64,000 nucleotides of DNA from Paragordius varius (taxonomy: Eukaryota > Animalia > Nematomorpha). The DNA is taken from assembly GCA_964247055.1 (NCBI GenBank), contig OZ176053.1:11842001-11906000 (forward strand), written 5' to 3'. Below are positions 1-13,446 of this stretch, in pieces. Every line of letters starts with the position of its first letter. Within the stretch, counting starts at the first letter, position 1. Below the pieces are notes generated by a model, which saw only the letters and a list, made by a program, of their open reading frames with translations, did no database searches and was not told the DNA's origin. Position numbers and translations under genes: made by a program.

Positions 1-117
1 TTTTTTTAGATATTATTAAATATAGTTTAAGGTTTTTATGTTCAATCAATTAACTCATCCGGTTGCTGGTTTAATTTGACAATAATAATTTCTTTCTTTG
101 TTGAAAAATTAACTTAG

Positions 118-804
118 GTCCACCATCTAAACCTCGCAATATTCGTGTCACTGAAACCCGTGAAGGTAGTTGTGAATTTAGAATTGTATGGGAGACTCCG
201 GAATGCGATGGTGGTTCGCCTGTTAGGGTTTACAATCTCGAATTGTCGTCAAACAATGAATTAACCTGGGAACGCATTGTTTCCATAGATAGTGAATCCG
301 TGAGAGAAACTATTATTCGCGGACTAAAACCCGAAATTTCTTATGTTGTCAGGATACAAGCAGAAAATGACATTGGTGCTAGTAGTTTCGAAACAAGTGC
401 TCCTTTCAGATCTCGGGGTATATTTACTTATCAATTTTTTAATGGCAATCATGCATTGTAATTGCAGATAAAATATTTTAATATTATGGAGATATCAGTT
501 ATTTTTTGATAAATATAATAAATATTACGGATTAATTTATCATATGTAATAAATAAAATACATTTAATTTTAATTCATATAATACACCAATTATAAAAAA
601 ATGGTTTTTTTATTATAAAACTCATATTTTTTTCGTTATAATATGTTAGGTGAAGAATTGATCCCTGAAATAACTTCAGAAACGGCCAACACCTCTGAAA
701 TAAGTGAATATTTCTACGGATTTATATTGTATTCAGAAGATATTCCAATACCTCCTAATCATAACCCAAATCTTTTTGATGACGACCCTAACTCGAATAA
801 TTAG
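118..804 (+). CDS. Last two exons (118-417, 650-804) of a fibronectin type III domain protein (twitchin/titin-like FN3); gene starts upstream of the window
   Basis: Exon 118-417 encodes GPPSKPRNIRV...WETPECDGGSPVRVYNLE...GLKPEISYVVRIQAENDIG, a full FN3 repeat with the DGGSP motif, flanked by AG/GT in phase 1. Next in-frame exon 650-804 ends at TAG. Confidence 0.8.
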
Positions 805-1274
805 CTTATATTTTTTATCACTTGATTGTATATCATCATTTTTTTATCTGATTACCCTTAATCTATTTAATGTTAATTCTTGTCCTATAAATTTCATTCA
901 TTAGATTGGCATGTAAAATTACTTAAAATCCCATAAAATCTCAAAATTTAATTAGTTTATAATTTATTGTATGTTTCATTTAATATATTTAGTTAACTTT
1001 GACGGTTTTGAAAAACATATTATGTCTTTTTTTTATCATAACATGTCGATGATTTCAAAATAAGTTATATTAATAAATACTACATATTTTAGATTTTTTG
1101 TGATATTTACAGCTCAGAAATCAGTTCTTTTTGAGTTTTTATGGCTATTAAAATTTAAAGATATCAATTAGGATTAGAAGTAAAAATAAATAAGTCATGA
1201 AAATATCAAATTTTTTGTTTATTACTTTGTCAGAGAAATTAATTATCACTTAAATATATAACACTACTCAACAA

Positions 1275-4200
1275 GGTTTTGCATCACCCCCTTTTTTGCA
1301 TTTTCTGTTACCTAAGGCTTATTTTTACTTTTTTATGATCGGCTGGCGCGGAGTAGAACTTGGTATGTTTACTCCCGAGATGTGTATACCTTTTAATTTT
1401 ATAGGAAATCTTGTATTCGGTGATAAATGGATTTTATCTATTATCTTCATCAATCCATTGTCAGTTTTATCATTCGTAAGATACTGATTCTTTCTATAGA
1501 TTCTTATATCTCAGTACACCACCACTAAGCCAAATTCCTTCATGGAAAGCAATAACTCTAAAATAAGCTCCCGTAATTTACCAATAAATATGGCGACTAG
1601 GAATATACGTGGCAGTTCTGATAACAAATTGGATATAATAATTCGCGAGATGAAACGTTTAAACATCCATGTGTTAGGGCTGTCGGAGACTCATATGCAA
1701 CAAAACTCACCCAAAATATACGACAATTACTCGTTTTATAACTCAGGCGGGGAGCTCAAACGAAATGGATGCGGTTTCTTAATATCGAATTATCTTGCCG
1801 AACATACCGATATATATAGACCTATCTCCGATCGAATTATATCCCTACGAATTAACACGAGACCCTAGGCTATAACAATATATCAAATCTATGCTCCCAC
1901 GAGTGTCTCACCCGAAGACAAATGCGAAAAGTTCTATAATGAGTTACAAATGGCTCTCTGTGAAACATCCAAAAAAGACATAACTTTCATCATCGGCGAT
2001 TTTCACGCTATCATAGCTAACGATAAAACAGACAAGGTCACTGGTGAAAAATGCCTTGGTAAAGTCAAAAAACCCACGTGGTGAAAGGCTAATTGATTTT
2101 TGCCAACAACACAATCTCTTTATAGCGAACTCGTTTTTCAAACAGCCTAACAGACGGCTCTACACCTGGACCTCACCGTGTCGTAAACAAAATAGATTAC
2201 ATATTGGAAATGCAAAAATACAAAAGCTCATTTCAAAATATCCGGTGCTACTCGAGTGCAGACTGCAACTCAGATCCTAACCTATTGGCAAAAATCAAAA
2301 TAAAGCTACAACTTCCACAGCCGCTAAAAAACTTTTCCAAAACTAAATTGAACTACATACTTATACCTGCCGAATTCACTCCAATCCTTAACAATAAATT
2401 TGAATCCTTAATTTACCTAACATTGAACACAGATGATCTTTGGTCAACTATTCACAAAATTACCACCGAAACAGCCAAAGAATATATACCGCCTGCCACA
2501 ACTAAAAACAAAAAATTTACCATATCACAACAAAGCATCGACTTAATTGAACAGAGAAGAGTAGCAAAATCCAAGGGTACTCCCCTTGAGTAAAAAAATA
2601 TTAATAATGAACTTAGCATAAGATCCGACAAAGAATCTCATTATAATACAATGTGCGCTAACCTAGAGCAAGCTGCTAAACTTAATCACAACTACTTCTC
2701 TTACATTAAAGACATTCAAGCTAAAAACTAATGTACAAAGGTATTATGTCTCATTCAAACGGAAAACTTTTAACCGATAAGAAAGAAGTAATTAAACTTT
2801 GGGAAGAATACATCCAAATTTATTCACAAAAAAATCATATAATCGCTATGAACCTTGAACAAACTTATGACCCACCAATACTAAAAAAAGAAATTGAATT
2901 GGCCCTGAGGCACTCATCAACCGGCAAAGCAGAGGGATTCAATGACATCCCTACAGAGCTACAAAGGCATTCCCATAATATTAACATTCATTATTCCAAA
3001 AAATCTTGTGAGGCAACATTCCCGGCGGACTGGAACAAATCACTAGTGGTCCCGATATTCAAAAAGGGCGATCCTATATTATGTGAAAACTACCGCACAA
3101 GCGCATTAATCAATCAAACCTCAAAAGTTCTTAAAAATATTACAACGTCTGCAAACATATGTCAACCCGGAAATCTCAATGACGCATGCATGCTTTAGAG
3201 AAAAAAGAGGATGCCGAGACATGATCTCAAACATTAAATGGATAATGGAAAAAACTCTGAATTGCAAAATGAGCTACACCTATGCTTCGCGAATTTCTCC
3301 AAATTCGATACCATTCAACATGACATTCTCTGGAAGGTCCTTAAACAAATAGGAGTTTACGATCATTTAATCAAACTAATTAAATCCATATACTCCAACT
3401 CCTACCTATTCCTTAACACCGCGCATGGCCTGACCTCTTGGAGTCCAATGAACATAGGTCTGCGTCAAGGCTGCATTTTATCCCCCATTGTTCAACATAT
3501 ATTTGGAATGTATTATGGATCTAAATCCGCCAGGAATAAAAATAGGGGGTCACACTCTGACGACTCTCCACTACGCAGACGACACGGTAATCTTAGCAAA
3601 TTCACAAACGAACCTCGAAAACAGTCTCCGAACTTTTATAAATGTGTGCAAAAAATACAATCTTACATTAAAACTTAACAAAACTAAAATATTGCATACT
3701 CCCCTCATTCCTATGACTCACTTCGGATTAATAACGAAACAATTCAAGTAGTCAACGAATACACATACCTTGGAAGCATTATCAACACTACAAGGTCCAG
3801 TTCCCAGGAAATAAAAAGACACATAGCTATCACCAAATGCGCTCTAGCCTCACACTACATATGGAAATCTCATGACTAAAGTTAAAAACAAAAATCCGAC
3901 TAATAAACGCATTAATATTTCCTATCCTATTATACGGATGTGAAAGCTGGACTATTAAAAGTGAAGACGAAAAAAGAATAAACGCTTTTGAAAGGTTTTG
4001 CTGGAGAAAAATACTGGTTATAACATGGAAGGACCAAATAAATAACAACGACATCGTAAATAAAATTAACGCACAAACAACGCTTCTGGGTAATATAATA
4101 AAACAAAAATTCGGTTACTTTGGACTTATTATTCGGGGACATTCTTTGAAAAGGATATAATGTTAGGAAAAGTAAATGGCAAGAGAGGAAGAGGACGAAG

Positions 4201-4346
4201 ATGTATTCGCTGGATAGACGAAATATCACTTTCCAAATTGTCACTGCAAAAACTATCTCAAGAAGCCCACGACAGAACCGATTGGACGAAGTTTTCCTAC
4301 AAAATCGCTAATGGTCGATAACCGACTACAAGCTCAACAACAACAA
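1275..4346 (+). mobile_element. Near full-length, frameshifted RTE-clade LINE (APE endonuclease + reverse transcriptase)
   Basis: APE motifs (LGLSET, IYAPT, IGDF, YTWTSP) at 1542-2300. RT motifs (FKKGD..CENYR, GLRQGCILSP, LHYADD) at 3050-3600. C-terminal KRGRGR..RWID. 3' end GGTCGATAACCGACTACAAGCT followed by a (CAA)n tail at about 4335-4346. Multiple stops and frameshifts; 5' boundary approximate. Confidence 0.88.
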
Positions 4347-4545
4347 TGGCATAGAAAGGCCAAAACAAAAAAATGAGGCTGCCAATAGAATTTTTTTTTA
4401 TTTTATTTTAAATTTTGTATTTAATTTTAAAAAACAATTATTCCCCTGTATATATATTTAAATGTTTAAACGAGCAAATCAATACAAGTGGTATTCCAAA
4501 GCCAGGTTTTGCATTATAGTTTAAAGAAAATGCAAAAAATGATCC

Positions 4546-5147
4546 AAAAAGTCTCTTGGGATCAAATTGGGACGGGTGATGAGAAGTGGCTTTATTTCAT
4601 ACATTCACACGAAAAAAACTTTGCTTTCTTAACCGGTCCATACCAATGCTAAATCGCTTTGGTAGAACCGTGCTCTGTATCTGGTATGACGAGAGCGATA
4701 TTGTATATTATGAACTTTTGAAACCCGGTAAACCGTTAAATACACAACCCTATCGCCAACAATTAATTAATTAAACCATGTTTTAATCGAAAAACGGCCG
4801 AAATGGTCCATAAACATGAAGTGATTTTGCTGCATGACAATGCATCGTATCACAGATAAAAACCAGCGAGAGACTTGCTTTCGCATCCATTGAGCTCTTT
4901 AATCTGTCACCACCTGATTAATCCATCTTCGCAATGGGACTCACATAGGAGCGCCTTTATAATTTCGAAGACGTATGATGGTTAACGAATGATCCACCAA
5001 ACCAGTTTTAATGGTATGGCATTCATGATTCCTGAGAGATGGGTGAAATGTGTATAAGCCGTCCGTAGGACAATATTTTAAATAAAATAATTTAATTGAT
5101 TTCTTAAAATTACATGTGTTTATACAAAATTTACGCTACACCTGTTA
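4546..5147 (+). mobile_element. Decayed mariner (Mos1/mauritiana-like), 3' half of transposase plus right end
   Basis: IGTGDEKW, LCIWYD...YYELLKPG...YRQQLIN, LLHDNA, and a degenerate YSPDL/WVKC region; ends ACACCTGT-TA, resembling the Mos1-type terminus. Confidence 0.8.
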
Positions 5148-5692
5148 TGTGTCTTCATAATGAATAGCGCATTAATTAATAATCACATAATGTGATGGGG
5201 CCATAGATGTTTATTAATCTGGACGTATATGCGATTAATTAAAACTTAATTTGAAAAATTTCCGTTAAAGCTATCAGAAAAACACTTAATTTTAAATAAA
5301 ATTTTGCAGTTTCAGTCATAACAAAATTTGGACTTAGTTTTGCAAGCTGATGTTTGTTAAGTTTGAAGTGTCCTTATTAGCTAAATAATAAAATAGTTTG
5401 AATTATCGCATGATACAGTTGGGTAAAAAAATTTATTTAAAAAATTAAAATCCTATGATGCCAAAATTATGATCTAGTACATTTCAGCAAGGATATTTAA
5501 TGTAAAAGACATAGTAAAAAGCTCAATCCAGATAAAAAATACTAAAAAAATATGAAAGAGAGTATCCATATATTTATTTAGTGAAATAAACAGTGTGGTT
5601 TAGTTGGTGGCTTAAAATGCGACAATCGATTTTATGAATCAAAACTAGCGACGGTATCGGCTTTTTTGGCCTAACAACATTAGTTATATGGG

Positions 5693-6224
5693 CTTTAATT
5701 GAATGACGTTGAAGCCTTACAAGCCACTTGTGGCTTTCGATTTGATATTCATTCTAAGGGACCCATTTACCTAGTTTACTGGTTTCCCATTGCATGAGGC
5801 CTATACCAATATTTTTAATATATATAATCTGCAAATTGCAGTAGAGTTAAAATTATTTCGTCATTAATAACCCTAGAATTCGATCGTCTTCGCAATTATG
5901 TGAGCCACTTTTTTATATTGATATCACACATCCCAAGTTGATGGAAGTTTTAACCCTATGTTTAAATCAGTAAATGATAACTATTAACGGCTGTTTTCCT
6001 CGAATGAATTAATAAAACGAAGCGTGCCACAAATGTTCCTTTTCAGGCATATATTTCGAAGTGATTACTGAATCTATAATAAGACGCTGCCTTTTGGCGG
6101 ACATAAATTATGTGTATTTGTAGTTTAATGTCAGATGAAAAAAATGGTGCATCAAATTAATCGTGTGCGAACTTTTCGCTGACGTATTTTTATCAAACCG
6201 AATGACTTATTACTACACCTGGTA
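5693..6224 (-). mobile_element. Decayed mariner, 5' half (left terminus plus HTH region), opposite orientation
   Basis: Minus strand begins TA-CCAGGTGT at 6224. It translates in pieces as SKYMPEKEHLWHA..RKTA.. and AMG..KLGKWVP..NE.QIE..LQRH, matching the Mos1 N-terminal half. Confidence 0.7.
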
Positions 6225-9200
6225 TCCGTTTCTTTGGAACAAAAAATATATATAAATTGAAAAATACAAATATGTATTTATTATATTAATAAATAATATC
6301 ATCTGCAGTTTTAAAATTGAATATTTCAAAAGCAACTATATAAATAGTTTTAATTGGAAATATAAATTTTAAGGTGAATTAAATTATCAATAAATATGTA
6401 ATATATGTGAGAGCATGTTCAATAGCATCAAGTTACTTTTAACATATAAAATATTTAATTGAAATAAGTTTTAACATTTTATCTGCCATTTAAAAGTAAC
6501 ATATTTCGTTCTTACAAATCATCGAAAATGTAAAAAAAAATAAAAAATCAGACCAAGTCTATTTTATAGAGTTAGTTAGTTAGTTATAACGAATAGCTGT
6601 TAAAAATGCATTAAAATTATATTATAAACTGGCGCTTACTACGGAACATAACATAATACAAAACTGTGTATGTTTATAGTTTTAAAACTGAGAGTTTACA
6701 TGATATTAAAATTTCCTTGAGAATGCATTAGCTATTACATTTAATCTAAAATGTTCAAATCAGCTATTAAATCGATCGTGTGTTTTCTATCTATTTAACA
6801 TTAATTTAAATTTGAAAATGTAATCAATTATACTAAAATATTACAAAATATAGATAGAGCATTTTAGAAGCATAATTAATTACTATAATATATATTAGAG
6901 CAATTGTTTTAAATAAATTTTCCTGGATAACAATTGAATAAACAAATCTTTTATAATCGATTTTTTGATATCATTATATATTTTTGGAATGGCATAGTTG
7001 TCCAAAATTTAAAAATTTATTTTTAAAATGTCTATTATTAAAATATAGGTATAAAGCGAAATATTCATTCCGATACATACATTACATAATTTTTACCATA
7101 AAAACATTGATTATTTTTAATATTAAAAAATAATATCTTCTCTAATTTTGCATTATTGAACCTAAAATATCTCAATATTTTTTGGATTCAAACAAATTCT
7201 TTGAAAGGTATAATGTATTTTAAATATATTAATTATGTTTTAAATAAAAAGTTGCCAAATTAATTTTGATTTATTCCTGTTTAAAGATGTTCCTATGGTT
7301 AAAACATATTAAATGTTCGTATATAATATATATCTTACACCTAGATTTCATTGGGATAATGAACTTAATATCAAAGATTGAATTTTTATATATTTTCTTC
7401 TGAAAAATTTTATATATAATTTGCTATTAATGGAATAAAAAATGATTTGTTTAGTGTAACTAATATTTGTGAAGCCCTTTTTCTATTGAATCTATTTTAA
7501 TTTTAATGAATGTATAATATTTCAAATTGGGCTGGCATAACATATATAGCTTTTTTAAATTTTGAGCTAAAAAATCAGAAACTTTGAAAAGGTATTGCGG
7601 GCAAGCGAAATGTCCTAAAAATGACAATTTTGAAAATATGGCACATTATTAACAATGGAGCTGAGGATTAAGGATATATTGATTTCAATTATACTTCATA
7701 CCTACTGTGAAAAAATTATTTTTAATTATTAAAATTTTATGAAAATAATTTTACATTAAACATTACACTTAAAAAGAATGTCAATCATATTTTTCAAGTG
7801 TCACCTAAATTTTGCAGGTGTCTTTTCAATATGATTAAAAATATTTAAAACTTAACCGTCGAAATTATATATTCTCCTTTTTTAAAATATATTTAAAGGA
7901 ATATACGATATATTTATTTATTTAAAAGAACTGTCAAAAATCCAGTGTGTCATCAAAAAATTAAGTCAAACGTTCAAAAATCATATTTCCATTACATTAG
8001 TTGATGACAGACCTTAAACCACATTATGACCGATTTTTAATCATAATATTTATATCGAAAAATTACAAATTTTAATATTGAAACTCAAGTCAACAACTTC
8101 TTAATAATGCACAAGAGTTAATAAAAATGGAATATAACCGATGTTCAGTCAAAATCGTCAACCATCATTATTTAAAGATTAAAATATTAAAAACAATAGA
8201 GTTTTTTGAAAAGGACCTTATTTATTATTAATTTTTTAAGCTGCAAATTTTATTTATTGTATCCTTGTTCAATGGCATTGACGCGAGTGTTACCTGAATC
8301 TAGGTTCGTTATTATCAAAAGCTAAATATCATTTCTCCCCTCTTTCCGTTAAATGTAAAAATCTAGCAGAACATCATAGTCTAGTTGTCCTATAAAAAGA
8401 TTAAAATATAACTTAGTGGCCTAAAGCCTTGGACAAATTAATTATTGAAATGAAATTGCAAAAAATGGAAAAATTGGCTTCAAAAATTGTTTACTAATAT
8501 AAATAAGGTTGAGACACCTGATTTGGTCCAAAAAAATATATAATTTTATGTCATAAGTTCAGAAAGTGTTTTATAGATAGAAAATAATACATAATTAAAT
8601 ATAAATTAAGCAAATAAATTTGTTTAAACCCTTAAAATTTAAAGGGGAATCTTTTTGATAGTATTCGATATCCATATTTTAATTGCTAACTTAAAATTTT
8701 ACGGTCAAATTTATACGGACAAAACGTAATAATTTAAAGACCAATATTTTTTTAAAAGACAGATGTAGGTTTTTAAGTCTTAGTTTTTCCTATGTAAATT
8801 ATTCAATTACAATTTAGTAAATATATGATAGATTGTATTATTGCACACATTTATTATAAACTTTGCTTTTCAAAAGAATGAGTTATGTTAAAAATCAACT
8901 TCCTTTTGATAAAAATATTTGTCTTTATGCTTTTACATTTTGTTTAAAATTTCTATACGGTAAAGCTTTTGAGAGAGGGGTCAAACATGAAAGGGCAAAT
9001 TAAAATTTGGCTACTCATCTAATTATTTCACCATATTAGTAAAATGCCAATTCGTCGATTTTGTTATGAAATTTATTTCCAGATTAATATTTTCTTTACA
9101 CCTGTAAAAATATTTATTTAGGTTATTGGACTCTATCTTTCTAAAAATTAATTTTTGTTTTTACTGTCATATTTGATCTAATTAATATATGTCCTACCTG

Positions 9201-11602
9201 TTTGTTTGTACTTAAATTCATTTTTTTTCTGTTTTCAAACAAAGGAAATAATAAAATTGTTGACTACTTTTGAAAGATATAATTATCATTTAATTTATAA
9301 TATTTGAAATTAACGGACAAACACATATTTTTTGTCAAAACAACATTTTTAAGAAAACAACCGCAACACAATTTACAAAATATATTAACTATTCACGTGG
9401 TGATAGTATGATACAGCATGTTTTTTATTTTACATAAACTATAAAAAATAGGTTAGTTTGGTGTATAAAGTTTGTACTAAAAAATATATTTTTTAGTTTG
9501 TACTAAAAAATATATTTTTTAGCAAAAACAAGTATAGAGTTTAGGCAATTTAGGCTAATAAAGTTTTTCTACTACTAATTCAATTACCTATATTTGATAA
9601 CTTATGTTTATAACTAAAATTTCCAAAACGCATATATAAACTTTATGCCTAAAATTATCATAGTCAAATCCAAATTAATTTTTGTATAACCGCTTTATAA
9701 TCAACATAAAATAATTTTCCCACCAAAGTCGACATTTTTCCATAATAATAAAATAATTTCTATGTATCAAAAGGTAAAAAAAATTATAGCATATTAAATT
9801 AGGATTTTAAATTGATTTTTAAAATATAAAGTCATAGTCTTTTGCACCCATAATATTATTATTGGATATTGTTTACGCTAAATATATTATAGTATTATAT
9901 TGGAACTATTATTTAATTGTGAATAAAGAGTTTCTTAGAAATATAAACTTTATTTTCTGAAAAAACAGACTTTTGTTAAATTATCACCCCTACAAAAAAA
10001 TTCCAATTAATATAAATTTTAATTTTACAAACCAATTAATAAAGTTGTGTATATCAAAAATAAGTTTCGCAAAAATTTGATATATGAATTAAATATAAAT
10101 GTAGTTTTGTGTGAACAAGTGTTAAGTTGGAACGAAAATGTGTTGAGTTTAGTTTTAAAAATGTTGAATTTGAAAGTGTATAACAATAAATTTGTACTGT
10201 CTCAAAAAGGTTGAGTTAACAGTTTTCACGTATATTTATATATTTTTTGATTAGTTCGCAATACGTACCCAGAACTTTTGAACGAACCAAATTTTTCTTT
10301 TCAAGTTGTTTATTCCATTTTTATGTTTTGCTCTCCACGCAAACAAACTTTGGGGTTTTCCCTTTGACACAAAAATGTTTTTCATATTTTTATTGCTAGA
10401 GAATTGTCACATCTTTTAGTACAATAATTCATAAATTGAGTTCATAATAGAATATATAAAAACTTTTGCATTCGGATTCATAAATAATTGTAAACAATTT
10501 TCAATGAACTTGTTTGCATCGTGCAATGATTTTTAACTAAGGAAAGATTTCAAAAAATGATGATTAAATTTTTAGGATGCATGGAATACGTATAAGATAT
10601 TGAATATTTGTAAAAATCTATATATATTAAGACAAATTAAAACGGCGTATACAAATAAAATCTTGTTTATATACCAACATATAAGGTTTAGTAGATATAA
10701 AGCTTATGTTTTTACCTTCTTCCCCCCATTAACACACATTAAAAGTCGGGAATTCACCGTATATTAATTTCTCTCCTCCCTTATTATATACAAAAATATA
10801 TATAGCTCAAAAACATGCCTAAACCTTTTAATATATTTATATCGTAAAAACAGGGTATAAACCCTATCTATCGAGATTTTGGGTAACAACAAAAATAGTA
10901 AACAGATTAAATCTATTATTACTTAGCTGTGTTGAGTGCTCGCTCACGTTAAAGTATCTTTGCTATGCCTCTGAAATTTTTGAAAAGTACAATTTGATAA
11001 GGGTATCCAAGAAAAAAGTATTTTTAGAAAATGTTTATGCAAATAATTAAAAGTATATTTATAGTGTTCATTGACTTGTGTGTTCGTTGGGTGTCATCTA
11101 ACATTATTATTATTATAAAAATATGTATAAATATATATATCATACGAAGTCATTTGCCTCAGAATAGTTCATTTATAGTTCATCAAAAGCTGAAAAACAA
11201 TTTATCTTTAAGGGCAAAATATCTCTCACTATCCTTTGAGAAATCTTCACATAAGTTCAAACTTCACATAATATATAGTACATTAAACTGACCCGTAATA
11301 AATATTATACACATATTTTGACATTTATTTCGTCTTAGCATTATACAAACTATCACACATTTAAAATTTTATCATATTAATGTTAATAACCTTTATAACA
11401 ATATATAAATATTATATGTTTCAACATTATGAAAGATGATGACAAGTTTAAGAATATCCGACACTCCGAATGTTTGGTAGTATTACTATACACACGGGTT
11501 CATTGCATCTCAACTTTGTAACAACTAATAAATTGGTACATTTATCCATTTTTTGCCTTTTAAACATCGGATTAATAAAAGTTATAATTGAATCATTTAC
11601 GA

Positions 11603-13406
11603 ATGGTTCAAATGTTAAATCATTGCCACAGCCATAATATGAATATGATTTCAAACACGAATACGAGTACAAATGACGCAACAACTTATATGATGGCGGG
11701 AATAGGTGAAGATAAAAAACCGTACAGGTGCACAAATTGCACCAAAACATTTGCAAATTCGTCATATCTTAATCAACACATTCGCATTCATGCAGGAATA
11801 AAACCTTATGCTTGTCAATTTTGCCACAGAAGATTTACGCAAATGTCCCATCTTCAACAACACCTACGGACGCATACGGGAGATAAACCCTACAAATGCA
11901 CGTTTGAGGGATGCGTTAAAGCTTTTACCCAACTATCCAGCCTACAATCTCATTCCCGATGCCATAATATGAGTTTAATCTTTTTTCTAATTCTTTGTTT
12001 TGTTTTCTGAAGTATATATGTGGTATGGCACATTTTATATGTAGATTTGCTGTGTTTGTGCTTTAATTATGACTAAATGATTGGTAATCATCAAACCAAT
12101 CTGCATGATATATTACTTTTATGTGTGCTATTTAGTGTCATTTTGTAATCGGTTTTATGTGTGTATTGATTTCATTTTGTAAATTATTCGGTATACGAAC
12201 CGACCTAGATTCGGGAAAATATATATATTATTTATCCAAATATTAAGTCCAACTTATTATTGATTTAAACAAATATATTGGATATATAAGGGCCGATATT
12301 TAAACACGATTCAGGATTTAAAATGAGATCGGGTTCCTCGCATGCATTAAAACGGTTGATTTTTTTTATTGGGATATAGTTTTTCTCATTTTATATTTTT
12401 TTTACACTCGTTTCAAATTTTGTTTGCTTACGCCCATCTAACTTAATATTTTTTCTATGTACGTCCCACACTATAAAAGACATGACATATATTTAAAATA
12501 CTTGAAACAGAAACGGCTCTTATAAATTCCGTTTTTCGAATAAAGGATTACGAAATAGCACCAGATTTGGGCTGTCTAACGACTCTATTTTCTCTTAAAA
12601 TCGCCGTTAATCCTTAATTATATGTTTATTTTCTTTGTCTTACGAAATAAAACAATATACCATTTGCAGTTCAAGAGTGTCCTTAACACTTCAAGTTGGT
12701 ACTTGAACATTACAAGTTGGTCCTTGAACACAAGTTGGTCCTTTAAATTTTTCAAATTTTGATTTAACCATATTTTTTGGATGTATTTTTTTATTTTATT
12801 ATTTTTTAACCTAATTTTCTCTATTTATTATATATTTATTCATTTAAAAATAAAAATTTTTATTCAAAAACCACTTTTTTGTTTCAAAATTTTTCTCCAA
12901 TTTAATAAAATTATAAACTTTTAAATATTTTCAATGAAAAATTATATATAATAACCCAGAAATATATTTTTTAAATTATACGTGTTTAAATCTTTTAAAT
13001 AAAAATTTTAACATATTAATAAAGATATACGGGTTTCAATGATTAAAAGTTGATATTGATTTAAAATTTATCGTAAAAATTAAAAAATAGGCTAAGAACG
13101 ATAAATTAAATGAAAGATATACGATTTGGTTGATAAAAGTTAAAAACAAAAAAGTCCAAGGACCAACTTGAAATTTTCAAGGACCCTCTTGAAGTGAAAA
13201 TGGTATATCATAATTTTGTGTAGGCAAGATTTATTTTTTACCTTACAAATGTTTTTAAGCCGATAAAATAAGGTAGTTTTTATGAAAATGCATTTTCATT
13301 GATACCAGTTTCATAATCTTTATATTAAGAAGCGGATTGTGATATAATTGTTATTATTTAAAGGAACGGTATTAAAGCGTTTCTTAAACTACTTAGTTAT
13401 TTGCTG

Positions 13407-13446
<40 letters not shown>

